A stretch of 59,816 bases of DNA from a virus: IMG/VR virus record IMGVR_UViG_3300002140_000076, one strand, 5' to 3'. Position numbers and translations under genes: made by a program. The notes beneath the pieces were generated by a model. That model was not told where the DNA came from, searched no databases, and saw only the letters and a program-made list of their open reading frames with translations. This document shows positions 15,600-24,477 of the stretch, piece after piece. Within the stretch, counting starts at the first letter, position 1. Each line of letters begins with the position of its first letter.

Positions 15600-18500
15600 T
15601 TAATCAGTTAAAAGATTATAATCTATCATATCTGCTTCTCTTCTAATCTCTTTCTCGCTTTCAAGACTCTCCTTGTTTCTTGTTTCCATCATATCGTTAT
15701 AATTTAATGATTTTGAGCCACCTTTACTTACTTTTCCTTTTGTTTCCATCATATCGTTATAACTTATTGCCTTCCCTCTTGTTGATTTGTTTTCTTTCTT
15801 TGCGCCATTAATAGCATAATCTGAATAATTTAGGATTCTCATTATATCCTTTCTTGCATCATCATCACTACCAATAGCTGGATAGTTTTTATAGAACTTT
15901 TGAAGGGTTGGTCCTGGAACTCCTGCAAATTGAAGTGAAGAGAATATTAAATCATACCCATACTGCTCTTTTTTTGCTAAATCTTTAGTGTTTCTGTATT
16001 TAACTGCATTTTTACCTACCTCTTCTGATATTGAGATTATCCCTACGTTTCTTCCTACATTCCCAGCCCAAGGCTTATCCGTAAGTACGTCTGATATTAT
16101 ATTAATCATATCTCCAACAATAAAAAGTGCATTTAAGTTACCTACAACGGCAGCTCTTATCAAGTCATCCTCATCCTCTTCATCCCAGTCTGCTAAAAGT
16201 CCAGGCATACCACTTGCTACAAACTGGTACAGCACGGGCATCAACACATGGTACATAGCAAATACCCTTAGGTTCTCAGTGATAGTTCCCTTACCTGCTT
16301 TTCTGTCAAGTTTAAGAAGCTTTCTGCCTAAGTTTCTGACTGCCATTATTTCTTTTCTGAGGTACTGTTTTGGTGTAGTTAAGAACATACCAAATAGTCT
16401 GGTTAACGCTCCGCTTGTTTGGGTAATATCTTTGTCTTGTAAATCACCAGACTGCTGAGTTCTCTTTGTATCGCTTTCAAATTTACTAACTGCTATCTCA
16501 ATTGCTTGCGCTTCTGTCTTACCATTTTTTATTGCTTGCGCCTTATAGTATGAGTAGTTTGGAAGCCCCCCCACCATGATTGCAGTCATGTCCCCAAACT
16601 TAGTTGTATACATTAATGCGTTAACAATAAATTCTTTTGACCGAGATGGTATCAATCTTCTAGTACCATCATCAGAATATGTCTCAATATTTTTAGCTAT
16701 ACCGTTATACTTTCTATCTTGCAGATATACAGAGTTATCTCTTAACTCTTTCCATACCTTAGCCTGCTCAAATTTGTTTTTGGCTCCATATTTTAACCAA
16801 TTTACTAGACCTATATCAGCCATATATGTAAATGTTGAGGTTAGCTGTTTAACCATAACCACTGGAGATATTGCTAGTTTTGCCAGAATAAACCCTGAGT
16901 TTAGAGCATTGACAGCATGATCTAACATTCCCTTTTTAATGCCTCTATTTGCTATTGTATTTATCGAGTGGTCTATAAGCTTATATATTTTATCACCATA
17001 TATATTTTCTATTGCATGCTTAATATTCTTATTAGTGAATAGTCTATTTATATTTCTAATATTCACAGCAAATGCAGCATAATGCTCCATCTCAGCTACA
17101 TATGTAGCAAGAGCATCATTCCCGTTCATTTTTTTAATCGGCTTTGAACTAAGAACCTTACTCTTTGTTGAAGATGCGCTTACATAATTACTCATAAATG
17201 CGCTATCTTTCCCTATCATTGGATCAGAATCATTTTCTACTCCATCCCTGTAAACCTTACCTGCATAGAATTTATTATTTGGTAGGTTTGTTCTATTTAT
17301 TTTTTTATACGTCTCATTATATGTTTCATATAATTCTGGGAATAGTTCATTAACCTGCCAGTCAGCAAATTCTTTAACTTCTTTTGTAAGCTTAGACTCT
17401 ATTTGCTCCATCATGCTTTCAGCACTTTTTTTATTGGCTTCTTTTATTCGCTCAAGTTCAGCTTTTGACTCATTTCCTTCAACCAATTCTACTCCAAACA
17501 TTTCTATATTTTGGAATGCTCTTCTATTTGCAGGATCTTTATACATATTATACATATAATACATCTGATCTTGACTCCACATATCTATGTCTCCAAACTG
17601 ATTTGTTATCTCTACATTTACCTTTCTGTTTTGTCTAGCTAATTTACCCCATCTTTTTCCGTATATCTCTTGCATTTTTGTTTTTATCAATGTCTCGACA
17701 TACATTATTCTTTTTTTCTCAATTATTGTCGACTCATCCATTTTTTCAGTAACTACCTCTTGAGTTCTTCCCCCAAATAGATCACCTGGCAATGAAGATA
17801 TTCTATCCATTAAACCATCTAATGCTTCGGCTGTTCCAAATATATTCTTGGATAAAAAATTACCTAGCATATCTACATATTGGATTAGTACAAATCTTGA
17901 TTTTTTCTTAGCCGCCTCTCTATCTCTCTTATATTTTTGTTCAGATAGTTGTGATTTTGCACGTTCAGATTTTAGATCTATAGCATTACCAGTTATGTCC
18001 TCATATACATACTCAAAGTCTCTATCTCTTTTTTCGTTATCCTCTTTTATTTCATTTCTTAAATCTGTCCTACCAATATTAATAATACTTTCAAGAGAAT
18101 TACTTACAGAATCTAATAAACCAACTTTATTGATGCTATCGTTATCTAACTGAAGTGACGAATTGTATTCAATAGCAATTGATAGATCCTCGATTCTTGA
18201 TAAAGTTTTGTCATCTTGAAATTCCTGTTTAAGTAGATCCTCCATCTCGGTTTGATGAGCAACTATTAAGTCTTCAATTTCTTTATCAGTGGATTTTTCG
18301 CTTAATAATAATTCTGTTATTCCTTTAATTCTATCCTTTGCAGATAAATTAATTTTCTTTGCTTTAGGTTTGCCAGAAGATTTATCTACGTATTCATTTG
18401 TAAGTATATCAGTTATTTTTTTAGATAATGATAATACATTTCTTTTAGTTGAAAATTCTAGTACTTCGTTATATATATTATCAATATTATCTTGATTAGC

Positions 18501-21500
18501 AATTTCAATGGACCTAACCATATCCATTACGTCTTTCTTGGAATACTCATTGGTATCAATTGTCTTTCTAATAAAGTTTCTAAGTTCACGCTTAATAGCC
18601 AACAAGTCTCTCTTTCCTTTAGCCACACCAATTATTAATCTTCTAGCATCTCTTATCTTCTTAGCCATGTTTTTTGATGGTCTAATGTCGGAAGACTTCT
18701 GAAGATCACTTAGCATTTTTGCCTGCTGAGTAGATAGTCCTTTTCTGTTTAAGGTCTGTTTTGTACCTTTCTTTTTACTTCCAACTGTATAAGTGTTACT
18801 TTCATTAATATATTCTGGTTGTTTTTCAAGGAACTCAATAGTCTTATCTATTATATCTTGATTAGATAGAAGTGCAGACTTTGAATTATTTATACCAAGT
18901 TCTTTCTTTAGGTACTTATCGATGTTGTCAGCAGCCTTATCTTTTAGTTGTTTATTAGATTCATTTGCTTTATCTCTAAAATCTCTTACCTTTTCATTTA
19001 TTTCCTTAGTATTAAGTGGAGTTTTTGATTTTGAATTTTTATCTAAAAGTTCACCCTTAAACACCCTTACATCATTATTTATCTGAGTTGGATTTTTATA
19101 TGTTTCCTTTTGTTTTTTTGCAAATTCTTTTACCTTTTCGTCCAACTCAATTGCTGTCAATCTAGTATTTGAATTATTACTAGCTATCAATTTAGCTTTG
19201 AAATCAATAACTCTTTTGAATAGTTTAGCTCCAGATACAGCACCTCCATCTATATTCTTAAAGCTATTTGGCAGTTCATCAAATAGATTTATATTTATGC
19301 TCAAGGCACTATCAACATCTTTTGCGTTAAACCCTTTAAGTCTAATTAAATAGTCTCTAATCGCAACATCTCTAAAGTTGTTCTGTCTCGCTTCAGTAAT
19401 AACTTCGCTAACAGACTTTTGCTGTCTTGATGAGAAATTAATGGTTGGACCATCATCATTTATGTCATTAGGTATTATGCCATCTGCGCCCTCTACAAGT
19501 CCTCCTTGCTCCACGTTTAATATCTCAACATCTTGCTCAGTTATTGTTTCACCTGAATAAACTTTAGTTGATAATGTATTGATCAAGTCAATAACACTAT
19601 CATCCTTTTTCCCGAAGCTCTCTCCTAGATTTACGCCAAGTTTTTTGGCTAATGACTTAAAGAATTCTATGATTACATTTTTTGATGGCTTATCTAATGT
19701 TCTATATCCATACTCATTTGATGATAATAATCCAATTAACTCAGCCAATCTTTCTTCATTCTGAAGTTCACCTTGTTCGTTAATATACTTTTCTGCAAAT
19801 TTATCAATCGCCAATCCTAACTTGCTGTTTTTAGGCAGTGCTTTCCTAACTGATCCAACCATTTTTTTGGATATCGCCATTGCTAGATTCTCATCATTCT
19901 TCACTCTGTCAAGAAGTACAGCGTGAAATATTTCGTGCGCAACAGTTGACTTAGTTGCATTTGTAAGATTTATATGTATAACCTTTTCATTGCCATTATA
20001 GATATATGCTCCCCTTCCTTCTGCTCCTGCATATTTAACATACTCATCATTGCTATCATGCATGACTATCTTTAAATCTGGTAGTAACTTCTTAACAGCT
20101 TTAGCAGCTTTGGTTGCAATAGATATAATTAATTCTCTATTTCGTTGTTGTGCTGGGGAAAGGTCACCTTTATTTTTTGTATTTATGGTTATGTTTTCAC
20201 TAACATCATCACCAAAAAAGCTGGCTATATCTGATGCTTCTTGTTTAGTTTCCTTATCTAACTTTTTAGATACTTTTGCTTTTGTTCCTTTAAATTCACT
20301 AGCTTTTCTGCCGTCAGGCATTATGAAGTGCTTAGGTGCAAAATCACCCCATATAGATATAGCCGACATATTGCCGTACATTGTACCAAAACCATTTGAT
20401 ATCTGAGGTATACCATCCTGCTTAGTGCTCTCTCTCAGCCTAGCCATCTCATAATCAGTCAGTTCTCTTGAGATTTCTAATGACATTGTATCTTCATCAA
20501 CCTTGCCACCTTCTTTTTTAATCTCCGCTTTATTGAGTATTTTAACATCACTCGGTAATGCAGCAACAATATCAGCTTCCGTTAATCCTTTTTCCCCTTT
20601 TATCTCTAAACCAATGTTCAAAAACGTACCCTTCGGAATATTGTCAACCTTTACAGTACCAGTCTTACCCTTATATGTAGACCTTGTTTTAGTAGGTTCA
20701 GATATTATGGCTTTATACTCATCTTTTATTTCTTGAGATAAGTCTGATTTATCTATAAGCTCAGTAATTTCTTCTTGCGTATACTTGTCAAAGCTTGAGT
20801 TTAATTTATACAATTCATCATATCTACCCTTCATGCCTTTCAAGGCTTCTTTGTTTCTGATGTCATTTATTTTATCATATAAAGCCTTTAGATTAGTGAA
20901 TTTTGACTTTGGAATTACAGCCTCGTATCCCTTATCTCTATTGCCTATATACTTCTCAGAGAAGTCTTTCGTCATTACGTCACCATCAAACTCACGACTA
21001 TCATTAGGTGCTAACTCAGATGTCGTTTGAGCCCTAGTTTTACCACCCCATTGACCGACAACCATTTCAAAACCATTATTCCCAGCAACCTTAGTTATGT
21101 ATGCTAACTCAGTATTACTATCAAATGACTGCCCTGGGAATTCTTCCTCATGCATAGCCTTGGCTTCTTCTCTGAATCCTAAAGGATCAGAATTAGCATC
21201 GTATACTTTATCCTTAGCTACTTTTACTGAATACTGAGCGTTACCAGTAACCATTTGTTCTGAGTCATTCTGGTCCGTATAGTACATAGCAGCCCCACCA
21301 ATCTTACCTAGAGCAATCGATTCACCCTTAGATCCTTTAGTTGTTCCCGATGACTTCTTTACTTTATCGTATCCTTTTTTCCCTCTATGGAAGAATACAA
21401 AATTACCATCTGCATCCTCTGTAAGGTTAGCAAAATTTGATGAGTTTTCTTCATTTATACCAGCTCGTGATGTTGGTGCTAAAGCAGCTAGTTCTGCTTG

Positions 21501-24443
21501 TTTTAATTTTTCTAATTCTTCAAGTCTTTTATCTCGTTGTATTTGTTCTTCTTGTTTTTTCTTAACATCTTGTATTTCTTGACTTGACAAACCCTCTTCA
21601 TCAATAGAGATAGGTGCTAAAATATTTAAACCCTCATCTTCTATTATTTTATCATATTTCGCTTCTATATCAACCTCACTAGTTTGTGGTGCTGTTTTAG
21701 GTTCATCTATAATACTTTCTAATTGATTATTTAATTGATCAACACGAGCCTGCTTTTTTGTAACAAGCTTTGGATCAGATACTTTTATATCATCCATTAA
21801 ATTGTCTCTCTCGTATATTATTGCTAAAGCCCTCTTTCTTTGATCAGTAGTATAGTCAGTTGGTATGGATCTTGATTGACCTATAAGTTTTTTTGTTATT
21901 TCTAATTCCGAATCTGCCTCTTCTCTTGTAATTTCACCTTCATCAACTTGAATGTTTAATTTAGCCTCGTGCATCTCAATAAAGTTAGGATCATTTCTGA
22001 TTGCCTCAAATGTTTCAAATACACCATCTGGAAGAGTATTAGTCTTTTGTTTTGTTATAGCGTTTTTTACAGCACCTGGAACTCCCATTATAAATCCACC
22101 AATCATCTCGTCAACACCTGCCATCAACGCATCACTGAACCATTCAGTAAGTGTGTTAGGCGTTTCAAACATATCCTTGCCCTTCACATCATTATAAAGT
22201 TCTTTTAAGAAACTTTCAGTAAGCTCTTGCTCGACTCCAGTCTCAAACTCAGCTAGTCCTGCGGCTGTAATTGTAAGTGCTCCTCTAGCAAATGAACTCT
22301 TCACATCCTGCGCTATAAATTCAGAAAAAGTTTTTGCCGTTGTTGTGGCTGTAGACTTACCTATTGCTTTTGCTAGGTACTTGTTTAAAAGACCCTTTTG
22401 TGATATAACATTTCTGAATCCAATATCTTCAAGTCTACTAACAGCTAACGCCACTGGGACCTTAATCAGATACTTTTCACTTTCAGGCACATCGTCAAAT
22501 TCTGGATTATCAGCCATCTCTTTGTCCATTGCGCTAGCTGTGCTTGTAAATAGTTTAGCTTTTCTAACGAGACCACCTACTGCTCCAGGACCTCCAATCA
22601 TAGATGGTAATGACCCAGAAATACCTAATAAGGCTCTGCTCCATGTGCTTTCTTGTTGTAGGCTTAAATATGCCTCAGAAATATCGCTATCAGAAAAAGT
22701 ATCCATAAATCTATCAGCTAATGCTGTTCTCGTAACATCGACAATACCCAAAGAAACATCTGTTTTGTCTGCGGTATAAGAGTACCTGTTTCTTTGTCTT
22801 CCTTCTACTGCGTCTTTATAATTTTTGTTATATTTTATTGATTTTCTGACTAAGTCTAATACCTTTGAATTAGCTATGTCAAATGCAGTTTTTTCTGAAT
22901 CTAAGTTTATGAAATCCTGCACAGATGGTGATCCAAACATATCCTTTGCCATCATTAACGCCCTATCCTTGAGTGATTTTGTTATGGAATAGGCATCATT
23001 GGTATCTCCGCCAAGTATGGAAGTAATTTTTTCTAACGAATAGCCGTTTAGCCCCTTGCCTTTATATTTTTCTGGTATTAAGTTTTCCTCTTTAGCTACA
23101 CGAATAAGTTCTCTCTTGTACTCTTCCTTACTCATCCCAGCTGGTGCTCCCATTAGACCACTCCCATAAGTCACCAAATCTATAGTCTCACTTGCCATCT
23201 CTGCCGAAGAGCCAGCAAAGTTCTTCATGAATTCCTTCGTCATTCCTTGAAAAAGTGTGCCTTGTTTTGATTGCATCCTTGCGTATTCACCTGTAAGCCT
23301 ATCAAGTTTCGCTCCCTTGTATCTTAAAGTTTTATCTATATTATTAAGATTATTTCCCTTATCAATGATTTTTTGATACTCAGCACTCCATACGTTGAGC
23401 TTATCTAATAATTCAGGGTTGTTTTGTATTTCGCTAGGAGGCACACCTTTAAACTCATCCTCATATTGTTTTTCGTATTTGGATTTTAATATTGAAAATT
23501 TCTCCACCCGATCTTCAAAATATTTTACTTGATCATTCAATACCCTGACAGCCCTTAAGACTTCATCTTGACTCTGAACTCTTTGTTTAGCCTTATTTGC
23601 ACCATCAGTTGTTTTATTTTCTCTTAGGAATTTTTTTAATTCATTAGCTGATTCTTTTGAACTCGACCCCGACCAAGGATCAAGGTCAACATATAGAACT
23701 TTTTTATTTTGAGCTGTTACAGTCATAGCATCACCCATGCCAGTTTGCTCAAACTTAAAACCGTACTGACCATATTCATACTGCAACTTAGGCACTACAA
23801 ACTCTTCATTCTTCTCAATTAAATCACTATTAATTTCTTTTTGAGATTTTTCAAATTGGTCTGAAATATTTCCTGCTAGTATAGTCCCAGCATAGGGATC
23901 TCCATTAGGCATTTCCGCTGCCTGCTTTGCTTTTAGTTGATCCAAAGTCATTGGCGGTGGGTTCTCAGCAAAATATTTTGCATCAGCATCAGCTCTCTCC
24001 TTTTCAGGATCATACTTTAAAGGAGCTGTAAAGGTTGTTTTTTGTTTCCAATCGCTTTCATTGCTGCTATATGGATCCTTTGGGGTTACATTTTGAGATT
24101 CACGCTTTAAAGGAGCTGTAAAGGTTGTTTTCTGCTTCGGATCATTACCCCCTGTAAGGTCTTGATCTGTCCAAGGATTCTTTGAAGGCTTTGTAGCCTG
24201 CGATGAAGGCTTCGTAGAACCTTTTTTTTTTACAGGATTAGAATCAGCTTGTTGTTTTTTATTACCAACTAATACTTTAAAATCATCTATTGTTTTAGTG
24301 TACCCATTATTTTTAGATACGTTATACATAGTATTAATAGCCTCATTATTCGATGACATTAACAATTTGAATTCATCAAATGATTTTGAGTAACCTTCTT
24401 CTTTTGCCAAAGAATATAGTGTATTTAATGCTTCTTCGTTCAT
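15600..24443 (-). CDS. Giant internal-virion / ejection protein candidate (2947 aa), polyvalent type, with a zincin HExxH motif
   Basis: Uninterrupted 8.8-kb ORF in the last position of a T7-like structural order, where T7 gp16 sits. It has TVAHEIFHAVL (HExxH, 19923-19937), long coiled-coil K/E-rich stretches, a hydrophobic C-terminal region and short repeats at both termini. Confidence 0.8.
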   Translation of the reverse strand: MNEEALNTLYSLAKEEGYSKSFDEFKLLMSSNNEAINTMYNVSKNNGYTKTIDDFKVLVGNKKQQADSNPVKKKGSTKPSSQATKPSKNPWTDQDLTGGNDPKQKTTFTAPLKRESQNVTPKDPYSSNESDWKQKTTFTAPLKYDPEKERADADAKYFAENPPPMTLDQLKAKQAAEMPNGDPYAGTILAGNISDQFEKSQKEINSDLIEKNEEFVVPKLQYEYGQYGFKFEQTGMGDAMTVTAQNKKVLYVDLDPWSGSSSKESANELKKFLRENKTTDGANKAKQRVQSQDEVLRAVRVLNDQVKYFEDRVEKFSILKSKYEKQYEDEFKGVPPSEIQNNPELLDKLNVWSAEYQKIIDKGNNLNNIDKTLRYKGAKLDRLTGEYARMQSKQGTLFQGMTKEFMKNFAGSSAEMASETIDLVTYGSGLMGAPAGMSKEEYKRELIRVAKEENLIPEKYKGKGLNGYSLEKITSILGGDTNDAYSITKSLKDRALMMAKDMFGSPSVQDFINLDSEKTAFDIANSKVLDLVRKSIKYNKNYKDAVEGRQRNRYSYTADKTDVSLGIVDVTRTALADRFMDTFSDSDISEAYLSLQQESTWSRALLGISGSLPSMIGGPGAVGGLVRKAKLFTSTASAMDKEMADNPEFDDVPESEKYLIKVPVALAVSRLEDIGFRNVISQKGLLNKYLAKAIGKSTATTTAKTFSEFIAQDVKSSFARGALTITAAGLAEFETGVEQELTESFLKELYNDVKGKDMFETPNTLTEWFSDALMAGVDEMIGGFIMGVPGAVKNAITKQKTNTLPDGVFETFEAIRNDPNFIEMHEAKLNIQVDEGEITREEADSELEITKKLIGQSRSIPTDYTTDQRKRALAIIYERDNLMDDIKVSDPKLVTKKQARVDQLNNQLESIIDEPKTAPQTSEVDIEAKYDKIIEDEGLNILAPISIDEEGLSSQEIQDVKKKQEEQIQRDKRLEELEKLKQAELAALAPTSRAGINEENSSNFANLTEDADGNFVFFHRGKKGYDKVKKSSGTTKGSKGESIALGKIGGAAMYYTDQNDSEQMVTGNAQYSVKVAKDKVYDANSDPLGFREEAKAMHEEEFPGQSFDSNTELAYITKVAGNNGFEMVVGQWGGKTRAQTTSELAPNDSREFDGDVMTKDFSEKYIGNRDKGYEAVIPKSKFTNLKALYDKINDIRNKEALKGMKGRYDELYKLNSSFDKYTQEEITELIDKSDLSQEIKDEYKAIISEPTKTRSTYKGKTGTVKVDNIPKGTFLNIGLEIKGEKGLTEADIVAALPSDVKILNKAEIKKEGGKVDEDTMSLEISRELTDYEMARLRESTKQDGIPQISNGFGTMYGNMSAISIWGDFAPKHFIMPDGRKASEFKGTKAKVSKKLDKETKQEASDIASFFGDDVSENITINTKNKGDLSPAQQRNRELIISIATKAAKAVKKLLPDLKIVMHDSNDEYVKYAGAEGRGAYIYNGNEKVIHINLTNATKSTVAHEIFHAVLLDRVKNDENLAMAISKKMVGSVRKALPKNSKLGLAIDKFAEKYINEQGELQNEERLAELIGLLSSNEYGYRTLDKPSKNVIIEFFKSLAKKLGVNLGESFGKKDDSVIDLINTLSTKVYSGETITEQDVEILNVEQGGLVEGADGIIPNDINDDGPTINFSSRQQKSVSEVITEARQNNFRDVAIRDYLIRLKGFNAKDVDSALSININLFDELPNSFKNIDGGAVSGAKLFKRVIDFKAKLIASNNSNTRLTAIELDEKVKEFAKKQKETYKNPTQINNDVRVFKGELLDKNSKSKTPLNTKEINEKVRDFRDKANESNKQLKDKAADNIDKYLKKELGINNSKSALLSNQDIIDKTIEFLEKQPEYINESNTYTVGSKKKGTKQTLNRKGLSTQQAKMLSDLQKSSDIRPSKNMAKKIRDARRLIIGVAKGKRDLLAIKRELRNFIRKTIDTNEYSKKDVMDMVRSIEIANQDNIDNIYNEVLEFSTKRNVLSLSKKITDILTNEYVDKSSGKPKAKKINLSAKDRIKGITELLLSEKSTDKEIEDLIVAHQTEMEDLLKQEFQDDKTLSRIEDLSIAIEYNSSLQLDNDSINKVGLLDSVSNSLESIINIGRTDLRNEIKEDNEKRDRDFEYVYEDITGNAIDLKSERAKSQLSEQKYKRDREAAKKKSRFVLIQYVDMLGNFLSKNIFGTAEALDGLMDRISSLPGDLFGGRTQEVVTEKMDESTIIEKKRIMYVETLIKTKMQEIYGKRWGKLARQNRKVNVEITNQFGDIDMWSQDQMYYMYNMYKDPANRRAFQNIEMFGVELVEGNESKAELERIKEANKKSAESMMEQIESKLTKEVKEFADWQVNELFPELYETYNETYKKINRTNLPNNKFYAGKVYRDGVENDSDPMIGKDSAFMSNYVSASSTKSKVLSSKPIKKMNGNDALATYVAEMEHYAAFAVNIRNINRLFTNKNIKHAIENIYGDKIYKLIDHSINTIANRGIKKGMLDHAVNALNSGFILAKLAISPVVMVKQLTSTFTYMADIGLVNWLKYGAKNKFEQAKVWKELRDNSVYLQDRKYNGIAKNIETYSDDGTRRLIPSRSKEFIVNALMYTTKFGDMTAIMVGGLPNYSYYKAQAIKNGKTEAQAIEIAVSKFESDTKRTQQSGDLQDKDITQTSGALTRLFGMFLTTPKQYLRKEIMAVRNLGRKLLKLDRKAGKGTITENLRVFAMYHVLMPVLYQFVASGMPGLLADWDEEDEDDLIRAAVVGNLNALFIVGDMINIISDVLTDKPWAGNVGRNVGIISISEEVGKNAVKYRNTKDLAKKEQYGYDLIFSSLQFAGVPGPTLQKFYKNYPAIGSDDDARKDIMRILNYSDYAINGAKKENKSTRGKAISYNDMMETKGKVSKGGSKSLNYNDMMETRNKESLESEKEIRREADMIDYNLLTD

Positions 24444-24477
24444 TACTTTTTATTATTTAATTTTTTTTGTGTGCCAT

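Noticed and set aside
20979-20993. EFDGD in the giant protein as a possible DxDGD catalytic motif of a crAss/N4-like virion RNA polymerase
   Set aside because: The first acidic position is Glu rather than Asp. No second double-psi beta-barrel signature or other RNAP motifs could be recognised by eye. Gene promoters look host-type. It is kept only as something a structure search could re-examine.
15988-22779. A dozen 60-156 aa plus-strand ORFs inside the giant gene (for example 15988..16458, 20050..20406 and 22345..22779)
   Set aside because: All are antisense to an uninterrupted 8.8-kb ORF. They have low-complexity Ser/Leu/Phe-rich translations typical of shadow frames of an AT-rich, Lys/Glu-rich gene.
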